Of a stretch of DNA of 64,000 nucleotides, positions 38,955 through 52,229 are shown piece by piece. Source of the stretch: Octopus sinensis (taxonomy: Eukaryota); contig NC_043007.1 in the NCBI RefSeq assembly GCF_006345805.1, positions 30,318,001-30,382,000 on the forward strand, given 5' to 3'. Under the pieces are notes generated by a model. That model worked only from the letters and a program-made list of their open reading frames with translations. It had not been told where the DNA came from and searched no databases. The first letter of the stretch is position 1; every line of letters starts with the position of its first letter. A program made the translations under genes and the position numbers.

Positions 38955-40308
38955 ACATGTATATATGTATACACACATATAGATATATATATATGTGTTG
39001 TGTGTGTGTGTGTATACATGTATATATGTATACATGTATATATGTATACACACATACATATAAAAATGAAAAGAATATTGAATATGTGCGTGTATAAAAC
39101 GACCTTCGCAATGTCACATTTCCAACACTGAACACCACTTCTCTGAAAATAAGAGTTTCATCTGAAATGTTATTTGCTTAATATTTACTTAACTAAGTAC
39201 ATGGTTTGCACGCGAGAGAGGGTGATGTGGAAAAACAAACGTTTTCAACCACTTAGAGAGAATTTTAAGGAATGGCAAACCGCAATCAAAATGAACTTTT
39301 AAGTGGTCAAATATGTCCTAAACTTATTTAAGCTTATCGAAAGCATTTTTATTTTACAAGATTGCTTCGCGTGCGTAGCATATAGTTAGTTCTGGTCTGG
39401 CAACTAGAGCACGTCGTCCGTGAGTAATTCCTAAAATTTCTAATAAGAAACCGAAAACTGTTAGTCATTTCGTAGTTTTCCGTTTGGCATCTGGTTCTGA
39501 TGAGAGCATAAAGAGCTCGAAATGTATATATTGTGCATTGGTGGTGCTCCAGAATAGCTTTGGTGTTTTACACGTTTGCTTAAAGCGAGAAAGTTTTTCA
39601 CCGTGGCAAACCGCAGTGAAAAGGGCATTTTTGCTGCTCAAATATTTCCCAAGCACATTGAAACGGAACGAAAAGTCAGTTTAATCAGCTAATTTTAATT
39701 ATTTGATACATTGATTTGTATTTAGATTTTCCAATAAATCTCACATTATTAGCACACTTTCTTCGAAAATTTTCTCATCACCTGGTTTTCGTTTTCATTC
39801 TTCAACGCTTCGGTCAACTACATACCTCACTCAACCATAATACTAATCAGCTACCTTTTCAAAATTCTTATCATTTCCTTCCCTGTACATGAATTTTACA
39901 GAGACCCTTCTCCTTCCTCATGTCAGTTGTTTTCTCTCAGTTTTTTCCTTCTCTATTCCCACATATCCTACCTTTTCTACAAACATTCTCTCGACTCTCG
40001 GAACATTAAAAGTTCAACGAAATATTAAAAGTGCGTCAGTAAAGGGCGGTGGGCTCATCTATTTTAGCCTTCAGTATTTATAGATTCCTCGGTGATATAC
40101 GTTTATCGTTGAACAATGGCGAATGTTTTTGTTGTTAAGTTCACTGCTATCCCGCTGGTTTATTTGCAGCTAACTTCCATATCTATATAGAAGCTATATT
40201 ACTATCTGCCAATTACGAACACCCTCTGGAGCTGTAAAATTCTCGCTCCTCCTTTTCTTTCTTTCTTTGTGTGAGTATACCTCTTTCTGTCTGTTGTATG
40301 TATGTATA

Positions 40309-40506
40309 TATAACGGGAAGCTTTATGAAAATAAACAAAAGACGAAGGCAGGTGGAAAACAAACGAACAATTGTATTAGTATGGCGCTCAGGAAATATAA
40401 ATAAAACAAGTCTTTAACGTTTCGAGCCTACGCTCTTCAACAGAAAGATACACAGAGAGAGAAAAACACAGAAAGAAGGAGAGAAAAAAAATGCGTGCAG
40501 TAGCTA
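40309..40506 (-). mobile_element. Short Penelope-terminus-like repeat with variant hammerhead-like motif (young copy)
   Basis: Near-identical to 36801-36999; motif at 40411-40448. Confidence 0.75.
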
Positions 40507-41276
40507 ACGAATCAACATGGCGATCTCATATATATATTTGTGTGTATATGAATGTATGTATATATATATTTGTGTGTATATGAATGTGTGCATGTATGTA
40601 TATATGTACATATATGTGTGTGTATATGAATGTGTGCATGTATGTATATATGTATTTATATATGTGTGTGTGTGTGTTTGTATGGTGTTCTAGATATGTT
40701 TGATTAATGGCCAAATTTCTGTTGATATACTTCAGACGTCCAAGTGGAAGCCATTCAGTGTCTCTTGAGATGTTCTTACCACCTTGCACAGCGTAAATAT
40801 TGTACATCATTCGTAGCGCATCACCGTCGGATTAGCAATATCCTCGGCAACTACAAAAGCACGTCACCAGAACGAAGAGTTCACAACTTGCATTTCACTA
40901 GCAAGTCTAATCAGTGGATAAACACAGTCTCTCTCTTCTCTTCTCTCCCACACTTACTCTTTCTCTTCTCCCTCTCTGTTGGTTTCTTCCTTCATTCTTT
41001 CCTTCCCTCCTTTCTTTCTTTCTCATTTAAACCGTTATTTCATACTTCACGAAACAGTGAACACATTAGCGAATTATTACCAGTTTGTTGAGATTAAAAT
41101 AGTCGAGAGAGCGTTCGATACAGTGATTGACGCTGTTGACGTTTTTGTTGTCGTTTACCTCCCCACTGTCTGGTGGAGCTTGAAGAAAGATCAAAGCCAT
41201 TCCAACCAGGCCTATTCCATCGTTTTAAGGAAACATAGGTCAACAGTAGACTTCATTCGTCCAGTTATCCTGAAAC

Positions 41277-41477
41277 ATTATTATTATTATTATCACCATT
41301 ATAATTCTAATTATTATTATTATTATCATTATCATTATTATAGTTATAATAATAATTATTATTATTATAATTACTATAATTATAATTATTATTATAATTA
41401 TTATTATAATTATTATTATTATTATTACTATAATAATTATTATTATTATTATTATTACTATTATTATAATTATTATT
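41277..41477. repeat. Long (TTA)n microsatellite
   Basis: Directly visible. Confidence 0.97.
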
Positions 41478-41544
41478 GAGAGAGCAGTGTATGCCACCAA
41501 AGTGACACTGGGTACAATTATTATTGTTGTTTTTATAGTTTCCT

Positions 41545-42245
41545 TTCATTATAAATTTATTTCATCTGCCTTAGTACCGGGCATCCTCTGGAGGCCAAGA
41601 GTAGCAAGGGCACTTTCGTTTTGCTATGCATGCTAACGATATCACCGCATTTATTCCATTTTAGATGGAGAGTGCTTTCCGTAGTATTATGGGCTGGACT
41701 CATCAAGGTTATCTTTTGTAGTTGACGGAGATCGGAGTTACCAGGGAGTTGCTTAATATACTTCTCAGCTCCCTTCTTTATCATTTCCAACACACAAATT
41801 ATTACTGGTGTTATCGTAGCATTAAGCTTCCTCATTTTTGTGATTTCAATTTGCAGATCTTTATAGTGAGAAAACTTTTCGTATTCTTTTCTTGAGACTT
41901 TTTGATCTTGTGGGACAGACATATCCATTAACAGACAAGTTCCTCTGTTGTGTTCCTTGATCACAATGTCTGATCGATTGGAATCAATTTTTTTGTCTGT
42001 ATTGGGAAGTTCCAAAGGATGGTGACACCCTCACCATTTACTCCATCCTCTGGATGGTACCTGTACCACTTATCATGGGATTTAATTTTGTAGTATTTAC
42101 AAGCATTCCAGTGGATGTACTGCTCTAGTCTGTCATGTCTTATGAGGTACTCCTTTTCAGCGAGGACTGAGCAGCCAGAAACAACAGGATCAATTGTCTC
42201 TGTGAATTTTCCGCACGATGGGTCGGATCCACCTTTAAGGACGTT
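41545..42245 (-). mobile_element. R4/Dong-clade LINE 3' fragment (CCHC-like region plus RLE)
   Basis: ETIDPVVSGCSVLAEKEYLIRHDRLEQYIHWNACKYY..KWYRYHPE..TILWNFP / TDKKIDSNRSDIVIKEH..CLLMDMSVPQDQKVSRKEYEKFSHYKDLQIEI; AAT-rich tail follows. Confidence 0.9.
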
Positions 42246-42284
42246 TGCATGGTAGTTGCCTAATAGTGGTTTTATCTCTAATTC

Positions 42285-42321
<37 letters not shown>

Positions 42322-42323
42322 TA

Positions 42324-42494
42324 TTTTACTTGTTTCAGTCATTTGACTGTGGCCATGCTGGATCACCGCCTTTAGTCGAGCAAATCGATCCCAGGACTTA
42401 TTCTTTGTAAACCTCGTACTTATTCTATCGGTCTCTTTTGCCGAACCGCTAAGTTACGGGGACGTAAACACACCAGGATCGGTTGTCAAGCGAT
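42324..42494 (-). mobile_element. SINE family B, 3' half
   Basis: ttttacttgtttcagtcatttgactgtggccatgctgg...cggttgtcaagcgat. Confidence 0.9.
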
Positions 42495-42502
42495 ATATTG
42501 TG

Positions 42503-42545
<43 letters not shown>

Positions 42546-42584
42546 TATATATATGCATGTACATATATATGTATATATATAATT

Positions 42585-42792
42585 TTAAGTTTCTTTATTA
42601 CCGACAAGGGGCTAAACATAAAGGGGACTAACAAGGACAGACAAACGAATTAAGTGCGTACTTAGTTTATCGACCCCGAAAGGATGAAAATCAAAGTCGA
42701 TCTGGCGGAATTTGAACTCAGAATGTACCGGCAGACGAAATACGGCTAAGCATTTCGGCCGGCGTGCTAACGGTTTTGCCAGCTCGCCGCCT
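42585..42792 (-). mobile_element. SINE family A, near full length
   Basis: tatcgaccccgaaaggatg...ggcggaatttgaactcagaa...gccagctcgccgcc. Confidence 0.9.
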
Positions 42793-43769
42793 TGATATGT
42801 GTATATATAAATATCAGGCTAAGATTGAAACCACAGCAGTACTAATCATGTTCTATGCCGTACAATCCTCCTGAGTCATACAATTCTCGTTGTCAATTGC
42901 TACACAGTGGAAGTGAATAAACAATATCAACGTGACACTGGTTATGATAGAGCGGCTGTCCTACAATGATGTGATATCTAGCTCTACCTGCGGCCATGTT
43001 GAATATTAATCATCTATTGTTCACTTCTTGAATCATGAAGTTTATAGTTTATATTCTTATATATTTTGTTTACATTAATGTTGCAGCGAATTCAATGATA
43101 TATATATATACACACCAACACACACACACACGTGTCTATTTATCTATCTGTACATATGGATGTATGTAATTATGTGTATGTATATACACATATGTATACA
43201 TATGTATATATGTATATTAGTGTTTATTTATTTATGTATACGCATATGTATACGCATGTGTGTGTAAGGATATATGTGCGTTTGTGTGTGCACGCGTGCG
43301 TCTTTGTGTGTACACATGTATGTATAGATTCATAAGTGCCCGTATTTATTCATAGTTCCCGTTCTGTCTTCTTCAAAAATTTAAATTATTCCGATTTTTG
43401 GATTTTCATTTGATTTTTTTCTATTAAATATAATTTTCCATTTGTCAAACATACATGCACAAACACACACACACACGCATGCGCACGCATGCAAGCACAT
43501 GTAGTCTCAGACGCAGACGCAAACACACACCACACAATCCCACTCACACATACACTCGCTCGCACACATATTTGATCTAGTGAAAGAAATCCTCCCTAGT
43601 CTCTCGACCTAACAGAAATGACAGTCAAATCGCTTTGCATACACGTACAGGAACACTAGGATACGCCGTTGGTGCAGTCAAACTGTGGCGCGTAAGCAAC
43701 TGAGATTCCAACAGTCTCCATGAACTGGACGCTTGACTGTTGCAGGGTTAATTTTTCCTGCTTTCGCTG

Positions 43770-43910
43770 GAATTCCTTTACAGCTGAGGGAACTGGAGCA
43801 ACGTGATATGAAGCATTTTGCAGAACACAACGCTGTTCGGTCAGGGAATCGAAACCCTGTGCTTACGATCATGGTCTAGTGCTTACAGCCTAAGCACTCG
43901 ACCATGCGCC
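43770..43910 (-). mobile_element. tRNA-derived SINE family C
   Basis: Reverse complement ggcgcatggtcgagtgcttagg...gggtttcgattccctg...tcacgttgctccagttccctcagctg. Confidence 0.72.
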
Positions 43911-45725
43911 TATGCTTCTTCATATACCGGGTAATCTTTACTCCGACACTAGAGAAATAATCGACATTATAAGCTCACCAAATATGGTAATACAAGCGAA
44001 CTGGTAGTTCAGATTTGCATAATTTCAGTGAGCTCGCTGGGAGGTAATTGCATTAGAGACGTTTAATAGGAGCTGCTTACCTGAGATATAGAATAATCAG
44101 ATAAATGTGCCGTGATACAATAGTTAACAGAAGCAATTTAAATGAGTAAATAAATGCATTGTAAAAATGTAAATATGTATTACAACACACGTCTACATTG
44201 GCTTGTGTATATTTACACATTTATATAGGTTCCGTAAAAAAAAAATCTATATTAGTGCACATATGTAATGAGCCTCCATCACAACTGCATAAGGAACAGT
44301 TCCTATCTAGATTAATAACCCTTCTAAGAAGTGTTGTACATATGTGTTCCATTACATATTTATTTTTATCAAGTCTACTATGTCAAATAATGATGTCCGA
44401 TGAGGAGAATGAGCAATAATAGTTATATAATTTTATTTTATTTTCTTCGTATTACATGTAGCTATAGAATAAAAACAAAATGATCGTTCACAGAAACGAT
44501 CGTAACATCAGTATCATCAAGTGAGAACCATCCGTTCAACAAGAGAATGAGTCCACCAGTTAATTGGATAACCTTTTGTACTTGGTATAGGAATGTATGA
44601 CTCACGAAAGTTACGCCAGGATTCTGAGCGTTGTACAAGAATCCACCCAAAGAGTCTAGTTAAGATGCAGTTCTTGACAAACTGTTTCCTCTGTTTTGCC
44701 AAGCGGAGTGTCTTCCAAGCGTTCCACAAAATCTGGCCCCATCTTATCATTAGGAAGCAGATTTCTCCTTCCATCTTTCTCCCGCAGATAATTTAGATAC
44801 TCCATCATCTCTCCTTGTTTGGTATAATCGACAAAATATTACTAAAGGCAGTATCTCAGCATGGCCGGTGTCTTGTGTCTTGGAATTAATAAAAGAACAA
44901 CGAAACTGAGAGTATAACCACGATACTCTTTTATGATTTGGTCAGAAGTGAAAGAACGAGTTCTGTGAGCATGTAAAAAAAATCCTCAGGCTGTGGGGAG
45001 GAAGTCCTCGTCAAGCAGAGGAACTAACCTTGATAATTTTCAGAGATTATACCTCACCAAAGACATCCAAAGAGCCATGAGATTGTGTTAAACTAATCGA
45101 AGGGTAAATTCTAGCAGCGTAGTGGATTTCATTAAAAGCGCCCAAGGGCCAGGTGAAAACTATGATGTAACACCAAGAGAATGTCCCTCTGAAATGGATT
45201 TAGGACATTCCTTACAGTTTCTGTTTCCAAAAGGCTTTGATCGACGGGTCTCTATAACAACATAATTATCTGAGGTGCTGTGCAGGGTAATCGAACTGAA
45301 AACCAGTTGATTTACTAGTTAGCTACATTATCAAACGTCATGTATACACGCATAACGTAATACAAGAATAATAATCTGGAAAAAAATTCTTGTAGAGGAG
45401 ATAAATCAGAAACATGATATTAATTAGATTTTGGTTTGTATGTGTGAGAACGACTGTGTACATGAGTGCTTGTGTGTACGTGAATGTGTATGAGTGCGTG
45501 TGTACAAGTGTGTATATAGGTGCTTATGTGAACGTGTGTGCGTGCGTGTATGTGTGTGTGTTATTTTATTTATATCAGCAATTTTCTTTTCTCTGACATT
45601 CCCGATTGTGGGATTGGGTCATTGTTTTCGTAAATAGTACACATACATTTTTTATATTGTAAATTACGCAATGAAACATATACGTGCATATATAAGTATA
45701 TGTATATTTGTTATATATATATTTG

Positions 45726-45761
<36 letters not shown>

Positions 45762-46054
45762 GCGCTTGCGTGTATATATATATAGATATATATATGAATG
45801 TTGATTTGTTTCGTGTATGCGTGCGTTTGTGTGCAATTCGTAATGCGTGTCGGTTTCTCTGGTGTCTTTCTAGAGTAACATATCTCAACTGCAAATGTCT
45901 GCACAGGCAAATACATGCACCTGTATCATACATAAACACAGACTTACATACACAAGCGTATATCTAGCACTGGCTTCTTTCTTTTTCTTTGCTCTTTCTT
46001 CCTTTCTTTCTTTATGTAGGTATGAATATACGTGCGTATATGCATGTATAGCGG

Positions 46055-46190
46055 AGGAGCGTGGATTAGCGGTAAAGATGTTGCATTCATGACCATAGGA
46101 TCATCGTTTCGACTCCTGCACCGCGCGATGCGATATGTTCTTGAACAAAACACTTAATTTCACGTTGTTCCATTCCACTCAGGTGGCCTC
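46055..46190 (+). mobile_element. tRNA-derived SINE family C
   Basis: gcgtggattagcggtaaag...gtttcgactcc...gttcttgaacaaaacacttaatttcacgttgttccattccactcag. Confidence 0.72.
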
Positions 46191-46649
46191 CCACCCGGCC
46201 AGCGAATATACATACGACTCAGAATCTGGAAAACCGTCATTACGAACCTACGTCTCGCAAAGGACCTTTCATCTCTTCATACGTATACGTGCGTTTCTTT
46301 AATCTATCGCTCCCATACGTACATTCATATGCATGTACACACACACGCACATACACACACATTATACACATACACTAATACATACATAATTCTTACAACT
46401 ATAAGGGAGTCAAATGGAATGTCTGACTATTTGTTCAAAATCTTGCGCTCTGTGTTCAAATCCAGCGGCAGTCAAGTTTTGATATTTTCGAGGTTGTGAA
46501 ACAAAGTATCTGCTGAATGCTACAGACTTTGATGGCATGTCATGTGGGATCTGTTTCGGCTCTCGGATTTTCGGGTTCAAATATCTCTTTTTCTAAATGA
46601 AAAAACGAGAACCCGCTCCAACATAAAGACTAAAGGTGATAAAAACCCC

Positions 46650-46828
46650 GTTTGACAACTGGTGTTGGTGTGTTTACGTTCCTTGGATGTAGCGGTTCGG
46701 CAAAGAAACCGATAAATAAGTACTAGGCTTTAAACAAATTAGTCACGGGGTCAGTTTGTTCGACTGAAACCGTTCAAGGCGTTTCTCCGGCATGGCTGCA
46801 GTCAGATGACTGAAACGAATAAAAGAAT
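46650..46828 (+). mobile_element. SINE family B, 3' half
   Basis: ttgacaactggtgttggtgtgtttacg...cggttcggcaaag...gcatggctgcagtcagatgactgaaac. Confidence 0.85.
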
Positions 46829-47653
46829 ATGTGTGTGTGACCTACGAACACCTTAACTAACATCAGTAAAGCGTAACACACATGCGTGCTAGGAACCAAA
46901 CATCGGATGACCAACGTGATCTATTAATTAGACCGTTTCTCCAAAAGTTGCAAACTTCAGGAAACCAACTGTTACATTGGATGAACCAGTAAAACACTCT
47001 GACATAGGCTCGTCCTTCACTTGCAACACCTCACGCCACAAGATGATACATACATTATAAAATTCCACACAAAAACAGAAGAGAAATTAGGGAAAAAGTA
47101 GTCCATATCGAAATCCCATAATTATTACGCAAATTCACACATCGCAAAGATTAAAACACGGCTACTGATGTTTAAAAAAAAGCGTTTTTGAAAAATCTAA
47201 TGATCAAAATTTGGCCGCGACTAGCAGATCACTTGCTGCATGTCAATGATACTGATGCCCTAAAAAACCATTTGTGGGACAGTCTTCAGGTTTTCACTCT
47301 GTATATGAGTCGCAGTATAGAAACTAAACATAATAAAATTCTTGAAAATGATAATGCGTAAGTCTTGCAACTTCGCATATTTGTCTAAGAATTCTATTGT
47401 TTCAAACCATCTGCAAAAAGCTAATACGAAAATATAAAAAAATCTAAGATAAGACGATAAATGTTAACCAGTCGTGTATTCGTGTATTTAATGAAATTTA
47501 CATGAAAGAAAATGCTGTTTTCTCTCTCTCTCCCCATCTATCTATCTATCTATCTATCTATATGTTTGTATGTATAAAGATAGACAAATATACAGACATA
47601 GTTATATATAAATATATAGAGATATATGTACATGCATACATACATATTCATAA

Positions 47654-47693
<40 letters not shown>

Positions 47694-48860
47694 CTATATT
47701 TATATTACATATGAATGAATATGTATGCATATGTATGGCTATATACATATGTTTATGTGTATATATATATGCGTACACTCGTATGCAAAAACATATTCAA
47801 ATCATGTATACGCCATTATATTTCTCTTTGTATCCGTAAAAAATATATCTGCTGACACACCTATATACACGCTGACACAGTCCTGCATATATAAAGCCAG
47901 GAGTTTACGCAAATATGTATGTGTGTAGAGTGTGCGTGTGTTGGTATAGTTAGGTTTGTGAATTTCGATGACAAGGCATTATTTCGTTCATGTGTGTTTT
48001 TACACACACACACACACACACACACATATACGTAGATACACACAGGTATACATATATTCCCATAGACTCAGATTCTTTAAAGAAAAAACACGAATTTGGA
48101 GAAAGAATAGAAGTTGTTATTGAAACAAATCTTATAACATGGAGATAATTCTGGTCTGTTTCTTATCGATAGCTTCATATTACTAACCAATTCTTTCGTT
48201 GTGATTATCATATTCTTTCATTCTTTGTTGTTTATTGTTAGGGGGGGGTGGTGGTGGCGAAGGTGTAGGTGATGTCGTTCTTCTTTTGTTCTCTTATCGC
48301 ACTATTCTATTATTTTCTTCTCAAAGTCGACTAACCATGTATACACAGGTATATTTCCTGCGTGGGGAGCCATTTTGTTTTTGTTTATATCGATGGAAAT
48401 GTCTGATAGAAAATCTCACCACCACCCCACAAATATTGTCTCTCTCTCTCCTCCCTCTCTCTCACCCTGTATCCACCCTCTCCACAGGTCAGTGTTGGGG
48501 ACAGCATTGTAATTAGTTTCCATCCTATAGAAACCACCCCACCGATCGGACCACGCTACCCCTTTACATCAACACCTCTTCCATCTGAAAATAACATCAC
48601 AGTTGTTTCTCAATACAGAAAATAACTCTGCAACTAATAAACATTTATTAAAAGGTGAAGGTTGTGTGTATATTCGAAAGATATTTTGGCTAAAATATGG
48701 AATCTTGGTGAGGCTGATGAGGGTGTGCATCCACAAGAACGGTTCTAGAATCGAGGAATGCAACAGTTTGGTCGTTGGGAGAAGTGAATGGAATATCCCG
48801 TTTTAGACAGATGGTGTTATAGAGGTGGCTATGAGATGGCACAGATGCCTGTGTACCATC

Positions 48861-49245
48861 TCAGTGTGCCACCTAGGTAGATATAAGGCCGCTCCAAACC
48901 CGTTATGACCCACGATAGACATAACAGAACTCTGCAGTCAGTGTGCCACCTCTGTAGATATAATGCATCTCTTAGTGTGCCACTCAGGTAAATATGAGGC
49001 AGCGCTCAAAATTAATGCGTCACAGAGACAGATAAGAGAACATTCTAAACAATGTCCAAATGAAGTAGATATGAGCTACTTTTGCACAGATATTAATGAG
49101 ACATCTACTCAGATAGGACAACACTGTACGCAATGAGTCACACATAAATATAACGCAACACATTGTGTGAGTGTGGTATATCTACATATCTGCCAGTGTG
49201 TCACGGAGGTCAAGAGAAAAGCACGGACCTCAATGTGTCACCACA
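48861..49245. repeat. Diverged minisatellite (~111-bp period, 29-bp submotif tcagtgtgccacc..gtagatata.ggc)
   Basis: Submotif at 48861-48889, 48938-48966 and 48972-49000; decayed copies to ~49245. Confidence 0.7.
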
Positions 49246-49705
49246 TTCCTCTTCGAGTTTCATTTTACATTCGCCACTTTATTTTTGGCACCGATGTATT
49301 TCTTGACCTCCCTCTAAGCAATCACGACAACGGATGAAGTTCTACGTTCGCCAACTCAACCGATTAGAAATAACAGACTCATAAAGAAAAAAAAAATTAT
49401 TAAATCACATTCTGACCAATAGAAAACTATAATTTGTTCGTTTGCATAGTTACAGGTTGGTTCTGCAATCGCATCGTAGGCGTAATCAGTTTTTCAATTT
49501 TACTTTCATTATAAAATTTTACTTACATTATAAAATTTGTCGTCTATATTTAAATGAGTTCAGACAGATGATAGAATACAAGGGTCTGGTTCATTGCGCG
49601 AGTCTTTCATATAAGATATTGATCGTAAAATTTTATTTCAAAGCCGTCTCGGACGAATGAACTGTTACAATAATAATGGTTCCCCTATTTTACCGTTTAT
49701 CATTA

Positions 49706-50092
49706 ACTTGTTTCAGTCATCAAACTGCGCCCATGCTGGAGTACCTCCTTGAAGAATTTTAGTCGCTCGAATCGACTCCATTTCTTATTGATTTTTGTAA
49801 AGCCTGGTATTTATTCTATCGGTTTCATTTTGTCGAACTGCTGAGTTGTGGTGACGTAAGCACACCAACACCTGTGGAGGACAAACACTGACACAAATGC
49901 ACACAAACAAACACACACACATTATATGTATACGACGGGCTTCTTTTAGTTTCCGTCTACTAAATCCACTCACTAGGCTTTGGTAGGCCTGAAGCTATAA
50001 TAGAAAACACGTGCCCAAGGTAGCATGCAGTGGGACTGAACCCGGAACCATGTGGTTGGTGAACTTCTTTTCACACAGCCATGTCTGCGCTT
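49706..50092 (-). mobile_element. SINE family B, full length
   Basis: Reverse complement of the 33641-34058 consensus along its length. Confidence 0.9.
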
Positions 50093-50416
50093 ATATATTA
50101 CACATTTATTACAAAAATCTTCAGCAAACTGGTTTTTATGGCGTTTCATTTGTTTCTAGATTTTTATGACGTTCCCTTTGTTTCCATACACATTCAGCCT
50201 CCAAAATGTCGTGCATAAAATCGATATCCTACATTTTACGTATTTTGTCCTGTGTATCGTTTCGCACTATATTACAAACACTGTGCATATTTTATTTCAA
50301 TATATGACTCAACTATATTTCCGAATGTCTCTTACACTTAGACAAACGCACTTACGTTTATGGGATACGGCTATGTGTATGAGTGTGTGTGTGTATTATT
50401 ATGTATGTATGTATAT

Positions 50417-50604
50417 TCTTTTATTTGATTCAGTCATTTGACTACGGTATTGCTGGAGCACCGCCTTTAGTCGATCAAATCGATCCCAGGATGAATTCTT
50501 TGTAAGCCTTGTACTTTTTCTACGATCTCTTTTTCCAAACCACTAACTTACAGGGACCTAAACACACCAACATCGGTTGGCAAGTGACAGTGGGATATAA
50601 ACAC

Positions 50605-50650
<46 letters not shown>

Positions 50651-50812
50651 GACGGGCTCCTTTCAGTTTTTGTCTACCAAATCCACTCACAAGGCTGTAA
50701 TAGGCACGAGGCTATAGTAGAAGACACTTACCCAAGGTGCCACGTAACAGGACTGAACCCAGAACCATGTGGTGAGAAGCATGTTTCTCACCACATAGCC
50801 GCTCCTGCACCT
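50417..50812 (-). mobile_element. SINE family B, full length
   Basis: Reverse complement of the 33641-34058 consensus along its length. Confidence 0.9.
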
Positions 50813-50815
50813 ATA

Positions 50816-50878
<63 letters not shown>

Positions 50879-51082
50879 GCAGTACTGTTTTGTTGATCTT
50901 ATCTTCACGGAACAAAATAATATAATAAAATATACTAAATGTATATATATATATACACATACACACACATATTTACATATATATATATTTATATATATAC
51001 ATATATATAATATATATATATGTTGTTTAATATGGATTAATGCTTTGTTAATCTTATCTTCGCGGAACAATATAATCTAATA

Positions 51083-51127
<45 letters not shown>

Positions 51128-52229
51128 TACACATATACACATTCACACATAACAGCATGCTAGTATGTATGTATGTATATACATACGTATATACATGTAT
51201 GTAAATCAACTGATGAAATCGATAACCAAATAAGTGAGTTTGAGTCTGGTTCACCTGTGCGGCATTTGCTTTAAAATATTAGATTGATTTTTATGTCAAA
51301 ATAAAATAAAATAAAATATGTTACATACCTCCTTGTCTCCCCACCTCTCTCACTTTCACACACACACACATATCACAAACGCAACCTATATGACACATAC
51401 GCACATATCTGTTTCGACTCCCCACAGACATGCATACACAACATACATGCAGATATCTACTCACGCACAATCTCAGATACACACATGTGTAGCCTACATG
51501 TGTACATTTAGTTCTGAATATGTACATATGTATGTGTATGCACCTGTAAACTGATATTATGTACGCAGATATTCGTGTACATGTAGGTATATAATTAAAT
51601 GATACGTATCTAGCCTGTAAATATTGATAATATGTGGCATTCCTTACTCTCTCTCTCTCTAAGAAATCACTACCTTTGGTTGGTTATAAGATTCTTAGAA
51701 TTGCTGCTTTAAACGTTCAACATTTCATATTTCATTTATTGTATATTATATAACTTGTAGAGGAGAACAGAGTCAAAGAGAAGAGAGAATAGGAAATAAA
51801 GAACGAAGATATCGCATGGGGATAATTATATTTATTAGAAATGTGGAAAGCTTTTACAAGAAACTGTTTGGAATTGAGGATTTAGGAAAGAGAATAAAAA
51901 AGAGGATGGAAAAGGAGAAAAATGAAAAAAAACGAAAATAGCAATTTGTTGCTTTTGTTGTTCAGTGTTTTTTTAATCTTAGTTGTACCTATGTACATTA
52001 TTCCATATTCAATATGTCCTTCCTTTTATCAGACTTAGGTGTGTGATTTTAGAGAGCTCGGTTGCTTTTTCCGTAAGCTGAGGGAACACGGAGAAAAACC
52101 TTCATTGGAGTGCAAAAACAAAGTTAGTTACAAATGTGGCGACTCTCACCCATTAAATAAGTCAGCTCTCACCCATTCAGTAAGGTTCAGCTCCCAAAGG
52201 CATGGATGTTCTCCCCGATTCTCAGTGGG

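Noticed and set aside
40700-40920. Possible second GIY-YIG remnant
   Set aside because: Resemblance too weak; the diagnostic YIG motif is absent.
41557-42015. 152-aa ORF as a host gene
   Set aside because: It is the restriction-like endonuclease of a truncated R4/Dong LINE with a frameshift upstream.
48861-49000. CRISPR-like repeat-spacer pattern
   Set aside because: Only three imperfect repeats, unequal spacers that resemble each other, eukaryotic context and no cas genes.
49442-49463. miR-153-like 5' end (ttgcatagt)
   Set aside because: Match stops after 9 nt and there is no hairpin.
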